Of a stretch of 64,000 nt of DNA, positions 50,953 through 63,660 are shown in pieces. A program made the translations under genes and the position numbers. The notes below the pieces were generated by a model, which was given only the letters and a program-made list of their open reading frames with translations, was not told where the DNA came from and did not search any database. Location: assembly GCF_963921235.1 (NCBI RefSeq), contig NC_086098.1, positions 9,362,001-9,426,000 of the forward strand, given 5' to 3'. The stretch's first letter is position 1. Each line of letters begins with the position of its first letter. This DNA comes from Mobula hypostoma (taxonomy: Eukaryota).

Positions 50953-53595
50953 TTCTTTTTTTTTTACTTAAAAAAGGATTTTTGTTATTTTAAGAAATTC
51001 CTATAGAATTCTATTCAATTCAATTCAATTCAAGTTTAATTGTCATTCAACCATACATGAATACCCATGAATACAGCCAAACGAAACAGTATTACTCTGG
51101 GGCCAAAGTGCAAAATACAGTACCAACAGTCACACACAGCACAAAGTACACACAACATGTGCAAGATGACAAGCACATATGGTATTACAGCCACGTAATA
51201 AAACAGTCCAAAACTCAAGCCATCAATCTACAGTATCTATAGTGGACCACAATACAGCTTGTCTTCTGCCGAGCAAACACAGCGGGGGGGGGCGGGGGCA
51301 ATGTGGACCCCAGCCTGGATGCTCACCACACTCCCCCAGTGGAGTGCACTGGGTCTGATGGTTCTCAGGCAACGCCACATCTTGAGGCCTAGTGTTCGCC
51401 AATGCAAGATAATAAACCACATATAGAATATCAGTAAAATAAAACATATATACACTCTAGACCTTTTAGAGCATAAGAAAACCACTCTTAACCTGCTGGT
51501 TTCTTGCAGTCTTGATAAACTGACCCATTCTCAAGAAAAAAAAGACATCAATTTACAAAGGTTCTTAACAGCAGCTGCATTGCCTTCTCTTTGAACACAG
51601 CATGTAGGTAATGGGAGGCCTCAGATGAACAGACAGTTTAAACAGAAGTGACCCTTGAGAGCAAACAGTCACAACCAGACAACTCATAAGCAATGTTACG
51701 ATGAGTTTGCCATCTGGTGAAACAATATGTTAAGTATTCAAGCTGTTTATACAGTTAAAATAATTAATGTTATTATCCTGTTCTTGATGTGGCTTCCAGC
51801 AACAAATCTTTCCTATTGCCATTATTCCAAGCTGTGAAGCATCAGTTTAAGGATGCACAGCAAAGCCAGGCCTGATGGATTGGAGCAACAAATTGTTTGC
51901 AGTTATAGATTGCCAAAATTGTTACCTCTAACATAAATATACTTGTTAGGGCTCTGAATGAGGACCAGCCCCTCCTCACCTGCCTATTAAGTCCATAGTG
52001 CTCCCTTTAGATCCAATCAGTGCTGTTCCCTGCTCATTCCCCAAAGCCCTACAAATAATTTATTTTTTATTGCTTATTCAATTACCTTTGGAAAATGCTG
52101 ACTCGCTTTGTTTCCACCACAGAAAATGATGTATGGATAATAAATGTAGTTTGTTTGGCCTTCCCTCACATTCCCTTTGTACCTTTGCCCAAAATTGAAT
52201 TTGCATATCCTGGACATTAAATCATTTACTAATGGGAAGTGTAACACCTGTGTAGTGCTGGTCTTATCTCGTGTGACTGGTTGCCGCACTGTTTATGAGA
52301 AAATCAAATTAGATAGTACTACACTAGGTGCTGGTAGGCGATCAGAAGCTCTACATATCGGAAGGAGGCAGTGAATAGAAAACACACACTTCTGGAGGTA
52401 AGTTTGGTTTATAAAAAAAACAATATATACAAAATATTTACATGAGTAAGTCAAAATTCCAACATTTGTCAGGTTCCAAATCTCAGCTATCAAATTAAAA
52501 CCAAAACCAAATCCTGTTTAGTTAGAATCAGTGATATTCATTAGAATAACTTTTATTACTCTAATTAGATCTAGTGTTATTCCCTATTTAAAGGGTACAG
52601 ATTAATCTTTCCTTTTTATTTATCCCTAATTAGTTAGAAAACTAATTGAATTCCTATTCTTAAATATTATGGTTGACTTCAGTTTCAGTCAGTATGTCTA
52701 CAAATTCAAATTCAAACCCCCCCCAAAAAGAATATAGCTTAACTCCTTTCACAACAATTCTTCAACATCCCAATTTTTAAACAAAGTAAGTCATGTTCAG
52801 TAGTTTATAAAAGTCTTTGCAAAAATGAACAGTTCTTGCAGAAAGTCAAATTCAGATCCTTGGAATGAAAATAAACTTGTATATCCAACCGTATTAAATC
52901 CTCTACATCATTGAACATTTCATTCCCGTGCTGGTTCTTCAATCTTGGGTGACTTGCCATCTTGTTTCTTGGCTTGTTGGATGAAATTTCACACACAAAT
53001 TTCATACACTTGGAACAGTAAAAGTTTTAACTCACCAAATCCCTTGGTACGATTAACAGAACTAATTCCCGGTTACACTGTAGAGATCTTGGACACTCGT
53101 CTCTGCCGATATTGTCTTGTTATAGCTGCTGCTTGTTATAGCCGTAACTTCAGTAAATCTTTTATTGCTATTGTCTCTCCAGGGGTTTCACCCTCAGGTT
53201 TTCAAGTAGAGATACTCACTACTAATTCCACTTTTAACCATTTATATCTTTAACTTATAATAGTTTTTCTGTGTTTCTCTCATTTTCCCATGTCTGCATC
53301 AGCCACGCCTTGTTCTCGCATAGCATTTTGTTTCCCCAAGTATTTTTTTTTAATTTGGTAAACTTCGTCTTCATCCTTCCACAGGAGGAGCTTTCTAACA
53401 TTATATGTTTGGGTTTAATTAACCTGGATTACAGAAGACCTTTTGGTTTTCCAGCCATTATGATCTGGAGTACTGCTATCATATTCCACTCCCCCCCGCC
53501 CCCCGCATCTTTCAATGATCCAGGGAAAACAATCCCAGTTTCTCCAATTACATCTTGTGGTTAAACTTCTTCATACCTGGAACCATTCTAATAAA

Positions 53596-53687
53596 GCAAC
53601 GCACATCAAAGTTGCTGGTGAACGCGTTCACCAGCAACTTTGATGTGTGTTGCTTGAATTTCCAGCATCTGCAGAATTCCTGTTGTT
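53596..53687. mobile_element. 92-bp Penelope-like mini fold-back insertion
   Basis: Near-perfect palindrome centred on gaacgcgttc; 14-bp TSD ACCATTCTAATAAA at 53582-53595 and 53688-53701. Confidence 0.88.
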
Positions 53688-53811
53688 ACCATTCTAATAA
53701 AACTGCTTTACACCCATAAAATGTAGTAACCCAGGATGGATTGTAATTTGCATTTGTGTCCTTAGCACAACATAACCTTTCTACTTTGCTACTCGAGATC
53801 TCCTTTTAAGA

Positions 53812-54131
53812 AGCTTTATTTGTCACATATACGTCGAAACATAGTGAAATGCGTTGTTTGCATCAATAACCAACATAGTCCAAGGATTGAGCGGGGCGGG
53901 GGGGCAGCCTGGAAGTGTCACCTCCTTTCCAGCACCAATATAGCATGTGCACAACTCCCTAACCCTGACCCGTACATCTTTGGACTGTGGGAGGAAGCCG
54001 GAGCACCCGAGGAAACCCGCGCGGCTACAGCAAAGACATACAAACTCCTTACAAACAGCAGTGGTTGTTGAACTCCAGTCGGTGATTACAGGCACTGTGA
54101 AGCTTTGCACTGATCACAACACTACCATGCC
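53812..54131 (-). mobile_element. V-SINE (relatively young)
   Basis: tttggactgtgggaggaagccggagcacccgaggaaaccc. Confidence 0.8.
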
Positions 54132-54149
54132 GTCTCCTTTTATACCACA

Positions 54150-54380
54150 ATATGTATGAGCAGAATTAGGCCATTTGGCCTCTCAAGTCTGCTGTACCAC
54201 TCCATCATGGCTGATCCATCATCCCATTCTCCTGCCTTCTCCTCAGAATCTTTGCCACCCTGATTAATCGAGAACCTACCAACCTCCACCTTAAATATAC
54301 CCAATGACTTGGACTGCACAGCCATCTGTGGCAAAGAATTCCCCCAATTCACTACCTTCAGGCTGAGGCTGTACCCTCTG
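54150..54380 (-). mobile_element. CR1 LINE 3' end
   Basis: gagcagaattaggccatttggcc; NSLPQMAVQSKSLGIFK. Confidence 0.75.
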
Positions 54381-54516
54381 GTTTATTAATTCATTGGACT
54401 CCTCTGCCATCCGATTTCTAAATGGGCATTGAATCCATGAACGCTACCTCACAACCTTCTTTTCTTAATTTTTATTTTTGCACTCCTTTAATTTAACTAG
54501 TATATAGCTGTGTATA

Positions 54517-54560
<44 letters not shown>

Positions 54561-55290
54561 AACACATACACTTTTTTTCTATTATTATGTATAGCATTGT
54601 ACTGCTGCTGCAAAGACTCCAAATTTCACAACATACAGTATGCTGGTGATATTAAACCTGATTCTGATTCTGACCTCCAAAACTGTCTGAAATACTCACA
54701 TAGTACCTGCCCATTGTCCCCACTTTCTACCTCTCGACAATGGGTCAGTAACTTCCATTTAAATTCCTTAGTCTCAAATAAAAACTGCAGACACTGCAAG
54801 TCTGAGATAAAATCAGAAAATGTCAGAAGCACACAGCAGGTTAGGCAGCATCTGTGGAGTGAAAAACAGATTTGGCGTTCCCAGCTGGAGACCCTTCACC
54901 AGAACTTTATGCCAGTGAGCTCCGATTTAACTAAGTATCTGTGAGAATGCCATCAGAGTTCCACGAATAAAATTCATAGCCATTTACCCAATCCTTCTTT
55001 AGCTCCCTCTTTAAAATACTAAACATGTTTATTCAACATGACCTCATATTTGCAAACCCATAGCAGCTATCAAGGTTTTCCGCCATTCTATCCTTAATGA
55101 AGTATCTTTATAATTTCTGGTAAAAGTTGTTAGGTTAATTTAGTCTACAGTTCCCTCTCCAACCTTCCATAGATATTGGAGTAACCTACAATATGGGTGG
55201 ATGGTGGAGATTTGTCTCTTCCAAAGGAGGTATAAGGCGCTCCTTCCCTCCGTCAGCCTGCAAGTCACCCTTGGGGAAAGTGTAGTACCT

Positions 55291-57539
55291 AAACATAGAC
55301 ATAGAAAATAGGTGCAGGAGTAGGCCATTCGGCCCTTCGAGCCTGCACCGCCATTTATTATAATCATGGCTGATCATCCAACTCAGAACCCCGCCCCAGC
55401 CTTCCCTCCATACCCGCTGATCCCCGTAGCCACAAGGGCCATATCTAACTCCCTCTTAAATATAGTCAATGAACTGGCCTCAACTGTTTCCTGTGGCAGA
55501 GAATTCCACAGATTCACCACTCTCTGTGTGAAGAAGTTTTTCCTAATCTCGGTCCTAAAAGGTTTCCCCTTTATCCTCAAACTGTGACCCCTTGTTCTGG
55601 ACTTCCCAACATCGGGAACAATCTTCCTGCATCCAGCCTGTCCAATCCCTTTAGGATTTTATACGTTTCAATCAGATCCCCCCTCAATCTTCTAAATTCC
55701 AATGAGTACAAGCCTAGTTCATCCAGTCTTTCTTCATATGAAAGTCCTGCCATCCCAGGAATCAATCTGGTGAACCTTCTTTGTACTCCCTCTATGGCAA
55801 GGATGTCTTTCCTCAGATTAGGGGACCAAAACTGCACACAATACTCCAGGTGTGGTCTCACCAAGGCCTTGTACAACTGCAGTAGTACCTCCCTGCTCCT
55901 GTACTCGAATCCTCTCGCTATAAATGCCAGCATACCATTCGCCTTTTTCACCGCCTGCTGTACCTGCATGCCCACTTTCAATGACTGGTGTATAATGACA
56001 CCCAGGTCTCGTTGCACCTCCCCTTTTCCTAATTGGCCACCATTCAGATAATAATCTGTTTTCCTATTTTTGCCACCAAAGTGGATAACTTCACATTTAT
56101 CCACATTAAATTGCATCTGCCATGAATTTGCCCACTCACCCAACCTATCCAAGTCACTCTTCATCCTCTTAGCATCCTCCTCACAGCTAACACTGCCACC
56201 CAGCTTCGTGTCATCCGCAAACTTGGAGATGCTGCATTTAATTCCCTCATCCAAGTCATTAATATATATTGTAAACAACTGGGGTCCCAGCACTGAGCCT
56301 TGCGGTACCCCACTAGTCACCGCCTGCCATTCTGAAAAGGTCCCGTTTATTCCCACTCTTTGCTTCCTGTCTGCCAACCAATTCTCCACCCACACCAATA
56401 CCTTACCCCCAATACCGTGTGCTTTAAGTTTGCACACTAATCTCCTGTGTGGGACTTTGTCAAAAGCCTTTTGAAAATCCAAATATACCACATCCACTGG
56501 TTCTCCCCTATCCACTCTACTAGTTACATCCTCAAAAAATTCTATGAGATTCGTCAGACATGATTTTCCTTTCACAAATCCATGCTGACTTTGTCCGATC
56601 ATTTCACCGCTTTCCAAATGTGCTGTTATCACATCTTTGATAACTGACTCCAGCAGTTTCCCCACCACCGACGTTAGGCTAACCGGTCTATAACTCCCTG
56701 GTTTCTCTCTCCCTCCTTTTTAAAAAAGTGGGGTTACATTAGCCACCCGCCAATCCTCAGGAACTAGTCCAGAATCTAACGAGTTTTGAAAAATTATCAC
56801 TAATGCATCCACTATTTCTTGGGCTACTTCCTTAAGCACTCTAGGATGCAGACCATCTGGCCCTGGGGATTTATCTGTCTTCAATCCTTTCAATTTGCCT
56901 AACACCACTTCCCTACTAACATGTATTTCGCTCAGTTCCTCCATCTCACTGGACCCTCTGTCCCCTACTATTTCTGGAAGATTATTTATGTCCTCCTTAG
57001 TGAAGACAGAACCAAAGTAATTATTCGATTGGTCTGCCATGTCCTTGCTCCCCATAATCAATTCACCTGTTTCTGTCTGTAGGGGACCTACATTTGTCTT
57101 TACCAGTCTTTTCCTTTTTACATATCTATAAAAGCTTTTACAGTCCGTTTTTATGTTCCCTGCCAGTTTTCTCTCATAATCTTTTTTCCCCTTCCTAATT
57201 AAGCCCTTTGTCCTCCTCTGCTGAACTCTGAATTTCTCCCAGTCCTCAGGTGAGCCACTTTCTCTGGCTAATTTGTATGCTTCTTCTTTGGAATTGATAC
57301 TATCCCTAATTTCTCTTGTCAGCCACGGGTGCACTACCTTCCTTGATTTATTCTTTTGCCAAACTGGGATGAACAATTGTTGTAGTTCATCCATGCAACC
57401 TTTAAATGCTTGCCATTGCATATCCACCGTCAATCCTTTAAGTGTCATTTGCCAGTCTATCTTAGCTAATTCACGTCTCATACCTTCAAAGTTACCCCTC
57501 TTTAAGTTCAGAACCTTTGTTTCTGAATTAACTATGTCA
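55291..57539 (-). mobile_element. Young CR1 LINE, 5'-truncated ORF2 (linker plus RT)
   Basis: KSPGPDGLHPRVLKE, SQHGF, LDFQKAFDKVPH, GVPQGSVLGP, KFADDTKL; in-frame TAA at 56720-56722 and a 1-nt frameshift near 55605. Confidence 0.93.
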
Positions 57540-58735
57540 CATAGAAACATAGAAACATAGAAAATAGGTGCAGGAGTAGGCCATTCGGCCCTTCGAGCCT
57601 GCACCGCTATTTATTATGATCATGGCTGATCATCCAACTCAGTTTCCCGCCCCAGCCTTCCCTCCATACCCCCTGATCCCCGTAGCCACAAGGGCCATAT
57701 CTAACTCCCTCTTAAATATAGCCAATGAACTGGCCTCAACTGTTTCCTGTGGCAGAGAATTCCACAGATTCACCACTCTCTGTGTGAAGAAGTTTTTCCT
57801 AATCTCGGTCCTAAAAGGTTTCCCCTTTATCCTCAAACTGTGACCCCTTGTTCTGGACTTCCCAACATCGGGAACAATCTTCCTGCATCCAGCCTGTCCA
57901 ATCCCTTTAGGATTTTATACGTTTCAATCAGATCCCCCCTCAATCTTCTAAATTCCAACGAGTACAAGCCTAGTTCATCCAGTCTTTCTTCATATGAAAG
58001 TCCTGCCATCCCAGGAATCAATCTGGTGAACCTTCTTTGTACTCCCTCTATGGCAAGGATGTCTTTCCTCAGATTAGGGGACCAAAACTGCACACAATAC
58101 TCCAGGTGTGGTCTCACCAAGGCCTTGTACAACTGCAGTAGTACCTCCCTGCTCCTGTACTCGAATCCTCTCGCTATAAATGCCAGCATACCATTCGCCT
58201 TTTTCACCGCCTGCTGTACCTGCATGCCCACTTTCAATGACTGGTGTATAATGACACCCAGGTCTCGTTGCACCTCCCCTTTTCCTAATTGGCCACCATT
58301 CAGATAATAATCTGTTTTCCTATTTTTGCCACCAAAGTGGATAACTTCACATTTATCCACATTAAATTGCATCTGCCATGAATTTGCCCACTCACCCAAC
58401 CTATCCAAGTCACTCTGCATCCTCTTAGCATCCTCCTCACAGCTAACACTGCCGCCCAGCTTTGTGTCATCCGCAAACTTGGAGATGCTGCATTTAATTC
58501 CCTCATCCAAGTCATTAATATATATTGTAAACAACTGGGGTCCCAGCACTGAGCCTTGCGGTACCCCACTAGTCACCCCCTGCCATTCTGAAAAGGTCCC
58601 ATTTATTCCCACTCTTTGCTTCCTGTCTGCTAACCAATTCTCTATCCACATCAATACCTCACCCCCAATACCGTGTGCTTTAAGTTTGCACACTAATCTC
58701 CTGTGTGGGACCTTGTCAAAAGCCTTTTGAAAATA
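57540..58735 (-). mobile_element. Second young CR1 copy, head-to-tail with the first
   Basis: Near-identical to 55291-56480; (atagaaac)n tail at 57540. Confidence 0.93.
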
Positions 58736-59831
58736 TCCATCTTAATGAAGAATTCCACCATATTATGGTCAACCTCCCTACCCCCTACTTGATCAGGGTC
58801 ACGTGAAGCCATGGGAGCAGATGGTAGGTGGTCGTAGGAGCAGCTGGTGCACATCAGAGGTCCTGGTAATGTGACCACTGATGCAGGCAGACAATCTCCG
58901 AAGAGTATTGACAATGGCTGGGGTCATCTGTCTTGTAAAGAGACTGCCCAGAAGAAGCAATGGCTAACCACTGCTGTGGAAACATTTGTCAAGAGCAATC
59001 ATGGTCATAGAAAGACCATGATCACCCACGTCTTACGACACGGCACATAGTAGAGATGACGAACCTCGAAGAAGCAGCCAAGATGCCTCAAAGTTTAATT
59101 AATATTAAAAAAAAATGTCATGTTATTGAATATATTGGCACCGGATTTTCATTTTACTCTACAGAAGATTAATTTTAATTTGAAGTGGGTGTTCAGATTG
59201 ATGGAGGCAGTGTGGAGATCATGTTGGATTTAAGTCTGGTGATTTACTGACGTTCCACATCCTGCCCGATTCCACACAAAAATCAGAGTGACTATTGAAA
59301 AGTGAATGTCGGGCAACAAATTTCACAACATATTAAACCTGATTCTGACGCCCGTGGCCTTTTCCATGGTGATGGGATATGGTTTTCAGGATGTCTTGCA
59401 AGATGGAAAAGGGGAGTAGGAGTCTAGTAGAAATGAGTCTGGATGATAAACCAGTGGCCTTCATGCTTTCTCAAAGAAACACTTCATACATACTTGAAGT
59501 GTAGATGCCATCTGGTTCCTTTTAATGTTATTGGGTCCAATTTCAATAAAGGTACGAGACTCCTGAAGTAAGTACCCCACTTGCTGTAAAAGCCTGTGGA
59601 TTAATAATGAAATAACTGGGCAGTTATAAATTCATGTTCCCATTGGTTTCTGCCAGACAGGTATAACTAACAAGTTAAATTGTTTAGTCTGCTTGGAATG
59701 GAAACTCAGCTCCAGAACATTTTACTTTAAGTTATATGGCTCTAATCAGTTATATAGAAGAGAGATTATGATCAGATGTTGCCAAGATCCTAAGGTATAT
59801 AATCACCTATTTTTTTCTGGATTTTTCCTAG

Positions 59832-60320
59832 CTTTGTGAAAAAGAAAAGTTACTGACCGAAAGAAACCAGCTGAATGCTTGCATGGGAGAACTGTGGGAT
59901 AATTTCTCATGTCTTTGCCAAGAAGTGTGCGGCGACGTCCAGTTAAGTCCAGAGCAAATGCAGTCATTACACAAGTTTTGTCCCGTCTTCAGGCCGATGG
60001 ATGAACCTGCAGCCACGGGTGGCACTACCTCGCCCCCGGATGGATTAAAGCAGAAGTTTCTGAAAACACAATGCACTGGAGATAGTATGCAATGTTGTGC
60101 AGAGCAAGGAGGGTCCCACCATCAGGATCAGTGGTCACGTAGCCACAACGCAGAAGTATGCTCGTCAGGAAATATGCAGGAGCTGCTTGACCAAGGAACA
60201 TGCTCAGAGAAGAGGCCCTCATTTGAACAGTGCAGTCAGACAGTGACGGTAGATTTCTGCCAGGAAATGACAGATAAATGTACAACCGATGAACAACCGA
60301 GGAAAGACTGCACCCAGTGA
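59832..60320 (+). CDS. BACH2: BACH2 last coding exon (leucine zipper end and C-terminal CLS region)
   Basis: Acceptor ttttcctag|CTT. Translates LCEKEKLLTERNQLNACMGELWDNFSCLCQEVC...QTVTVDFCQEMTDKCTTDEQPRKDCTQ, with TGA at 60318-60320. Confidence 0.96.
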   Translation, partial: LCEKEKLLTERNQLNACMGELWDNFSCLCQEVCGDVQLSPEQMQSLHKFCPVFRPMDEPAATGGTTSPPDGLKQKFLKTQCTGDSMQCCAEQGGSHHQDQWSRSHNAEVCSSGNMQELLDQGTCSEKRPSFEQCSQTVTVDFCQEMTDKCTTDEQPRKDCTQ

Positions 60321-62000
60321 CTGACTCGTTCTTCCCTTTTTTTCTGGTTGTTTTTTTCTTAAAGTAAGCAGGAGGTTCACTTGTTCAGGATGCAGGCAAC
60401 ATTCATCTGTTGATGCTTTTTGTCTTTGATGCACACTACAACAGTCTTAAACTGCAGCAGAACTGTCCAGGTACTACTCCTCAGAACAGCTGAGGTCTAT
60501 CCTCACATTGGTGCTATACCTTGCTTGTGCAGGGAACTTGACAGTGACAATGACGCTGTTATTTTGTAATGATTATTAATTATTGTTGTAAGGACCTGAC
60601 CTTCATTCTCGAAAGGGAATGAGTCAGGTGGCATCTCATTTTACCTTGAAGGACCCTACAGAAATCTCAGTTAAGTCTTTCAGCAAGCTCGGTGGCCCAT
60701 GTCACACAACAACTCAGGAAATCTTCTGAATGTTCAACATGACTCAGTAACATAAAAGATGGTTTCTCATCTAACATCTGCATACTGTAAACATACTCCT
60801 GCATTCTCAGTTTTAATTAATTAGATTACTGGAACTCTTGTGTTTGCCTTGTACAAAGAATCTGGTTACAACATTCCCATTTTGCCTTCTGCAGAACCTG
60901 ACCGAAACTTTTAAGAACTTAGACAGTTAGATTTTCACACTTGAGCAATATCACCTTCTTTGTACTTTAGAAAAAAAAGAGAAAAAATATTGAAGTGTAA
61001 TTTATGTAAATTGTAACACACCTCAGGCACTCTTTGAAGGTGCCTTTTGAGCAGGGAAGATCTGTTATTTCTGATGTAGAACAGTGATGGTCGAAACTGC
61101 CACTTGCACTGTGTGCGTCATTGGGTTCTTTGCTATACCACCTGATGCATTACACAACTGTATTCAAAAACAAAACAAAGAGATGGTATTCAGTGAGATG
61201 GGGTGAAGTTGCGTCCCTTCCCAACCCAAACTTTGAGAGATGATGCTTGCTATAGCAGCTGCTACAAACACAAGTTGTGTAGAGTGACCGATAACAGCTT
61301 TTGGCATTCATAACCATCAATGTTTTTATTTTAAACTCTAGTTTTCAATCCTAATTATCATTGTCTAATGAAACTTCTGCTTTTAGACGGTGTAACATTG
61401 GAGTGCAGGGAAATTACTACATGGGCCATTGAATCTAAAATATTGTATGGACAATCTTTTTTGAAAAGATTTTTTAAAATTGTTTGAACTTTTATATAAT
61501 CTCAACTTTTTTTTGTTTTTCTGTTATAATATCCCAGGAAGCAAGCTTTTAAGGAGAGTAAAATGGCAGTGGTCTTTGGTCCTGCTGTCACACTCTGTCG
61601 CTAAGTCAGTGACTAACTCCAAATCTCCCTTTGAATTTGCTTCTCTCCATCTCTCTCTATCCTGCTTTTTCTCTCTCCCCTTCCTCCTTCTCTCCCTACC
61701 CCTCCTTTGCTTCTCTCCTCTTCTCCCCTCTCTCATCCTCTCTCTCTCTCTCTCTCTCTCTCATTCTCTCCCCACCCCCCTCCCCCTCCCAGGTATTTGC
61801 CCAACTGAATAGAACATGGATGTATGAACTGCCTTCCCATTGGGATTTACACATAGTGCATGAAACCTCTGCATAAGAGGACCACACAGATATTACTGAA
61901 GGCAAACGCTATATCACAAGGGACCAGGTGACAGTTTTGTCTTGAAGCTTTCTGCACATTCACCCTTGTTACTTTGGTTTATTAAATGTGATGAAAACCA
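60321..62000 (+). other. BACH2: BACH2 3' UTR (end uncertain); candidate poly(A) signals ATTAAA 61981-61986 and AATAAA near 62155
   Basis: AU-rich sequence after the stop codon, free of recognisable interspersed repeats. Confidence 0.6.
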
Positions 62001-63389
62001 CACAGACTTAATAGCCCAATTCAAGAGTTTTTCTTGATGTTCTTATTTAAAGAAAGCTGAGGAACTTACTTTCCAAGCCACATTACAACATTTAATTGAA
62101 ATATTTCATTGGTTGTGAGATGTCTGGGGACACACAGAGGCTGTGAACATGTTAAATAAATGCAATTTTCTTTATGGTTATTGGAGGAGATAAAGGATGT
62201 TCCTCCAAAGCTAGGGACAAAATGGCAGAAGTAGTGAGAGCAAACAAAGATTACTGCTATCAATACTATACGGCAAAGCATTCCGTTTTCCAGTTTCTTC
62301 AGCCCTTAGCTGAAAAGTATAGTAAGGAAATGATAAAAGCATTCCTCCCTGGCCTACCTGAACTGTAAGAACACCTGAATTTAAAATGTATCACCCACCA
62401 CACTCCTTCCCGCAGTAGCCGATGATTGCTAATAATTTTTTCCCAACCAAGGTCACATTTCAGCGGAATTCAGCATTGTATAAGGAAAACATTTTTGCTA
62501 AATTGTGAAACAAATTTAAGTGTGTTTCTGAAACACAGTATTTGGCAGGGCAATCACTTTGTCTCTTTCTGCCCCCCATAGAAGCCTACAGAGGTTGAGA
62601 TGGCAGGGGCAGGGGCAGGGCCAGGGTCCCAGAGGCAACAGTGGAGAGGGATTAGGGATTTGGGAGTTAGCTGGAGACGCAAGACTGGCCAGACTGGCAG
62701 TGGGCGTACAGAGGCTGGATCAGGAGTGGAGTGACGGTGACAACATTTAGGAGTAGGGTCCTAGAAGTGATAACAGGAGGGAGTCTAGGGGGTGAACACT
62801 GAGAGTGTGATCCTAAAAGTGAACACTGGGAATGGGATCTCGATGGTGACATGGGAGGTGGGGTCCCAGTGGAAACATTGGAAACCAGGTCACGGACTTG
62901 ATTTTGGGAGCAGGGTCTCAATGGCAGAAGTGGGAACAGAGTCCTGCAAGAACAGTGCAAGCAAAGATGAGCGAAAGGTATAGGAGCAGAATTAAGCCAC
63001 GCCTCTGCTTGAACCTGAAGCTGGGACAGGAATAGAGTGCCGGTGTCAACAATGGGAGCAGAGTGTTGGAGGTTCAATCAGGAACCTAGTCTTTGTCACA
63101 AGTGTGAGGTCCCAATGGTTGCAGCAAGGTGGAGTTCAGGAAGGAATATCATGCTGAGAGCCAGGTCCCAATGACAGCAGCAGGAGATGAGAAGGGTCCA
63201 GGGCAGGCTTAAATCTTGCCCAGTTTAAGAGATTGTAAGCAACCTAGAAGTAAACTCTGCAGTACGTTAATTGAGAAGTGATATAGAGTGAGCATTAGAT
63301 CAGATATTATTAGGGATGGTTTACTTTTTAATTTGCAAAGGCAAGAATGACTTTCTCTGTTATGCTAACACCCTGTCACCAACCATCCG

Positions 63390-63660
63390 TCATCATCATC
63401 AGGTGCAGTGCCCAGTTTGAGCTTTGACTGCCATGGCCCACACACTCCTGTTTCGGGTCAAGTTGATCAATTCATTGGTATTCATTTCCAGTTCTCTGGC
63501 TGCTGTCTCCATCATCATTTGTCTTTGTCTTCCTCTTGCTTTCTTCCCTTCAATCTTTCCCATAATTACCGTGCATTCTAACTCCTATTTCCAAATCACA
63601 TGTCCAATGAAGTTACGTTGCCTTTTCATGATCTCATGCATTATTTCTCTTTTTGTGTTT
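63390..63660 (-). mobile_element. RTE-clade LINE 3' end
   Basis: Minus strand translates EIMKRQRNFIGHVI...GKIEGKKARGRQRQ; (gat)n tail. Confidence 0.75.

Noticed and set aside
56720..57604. 294-aa ORF as an autonomous element gene
   Set aside because: It starts in the tail of the neighbouring CR1 copy and lacks the endonuclease; it is a 5'-truncated ORF2.
2314..60747. TGA(C/G)TCA sites as BACH2 autoregulatory MAREs
   Set aside because: Several such 7-mers are expected by chance in 64 kb; I saw no clustering and no full MARE.
61640..61790. ORFs over CT-rich tracts (also 19656-19886)
   Set aside because: Low-complexity microsatellite translations.
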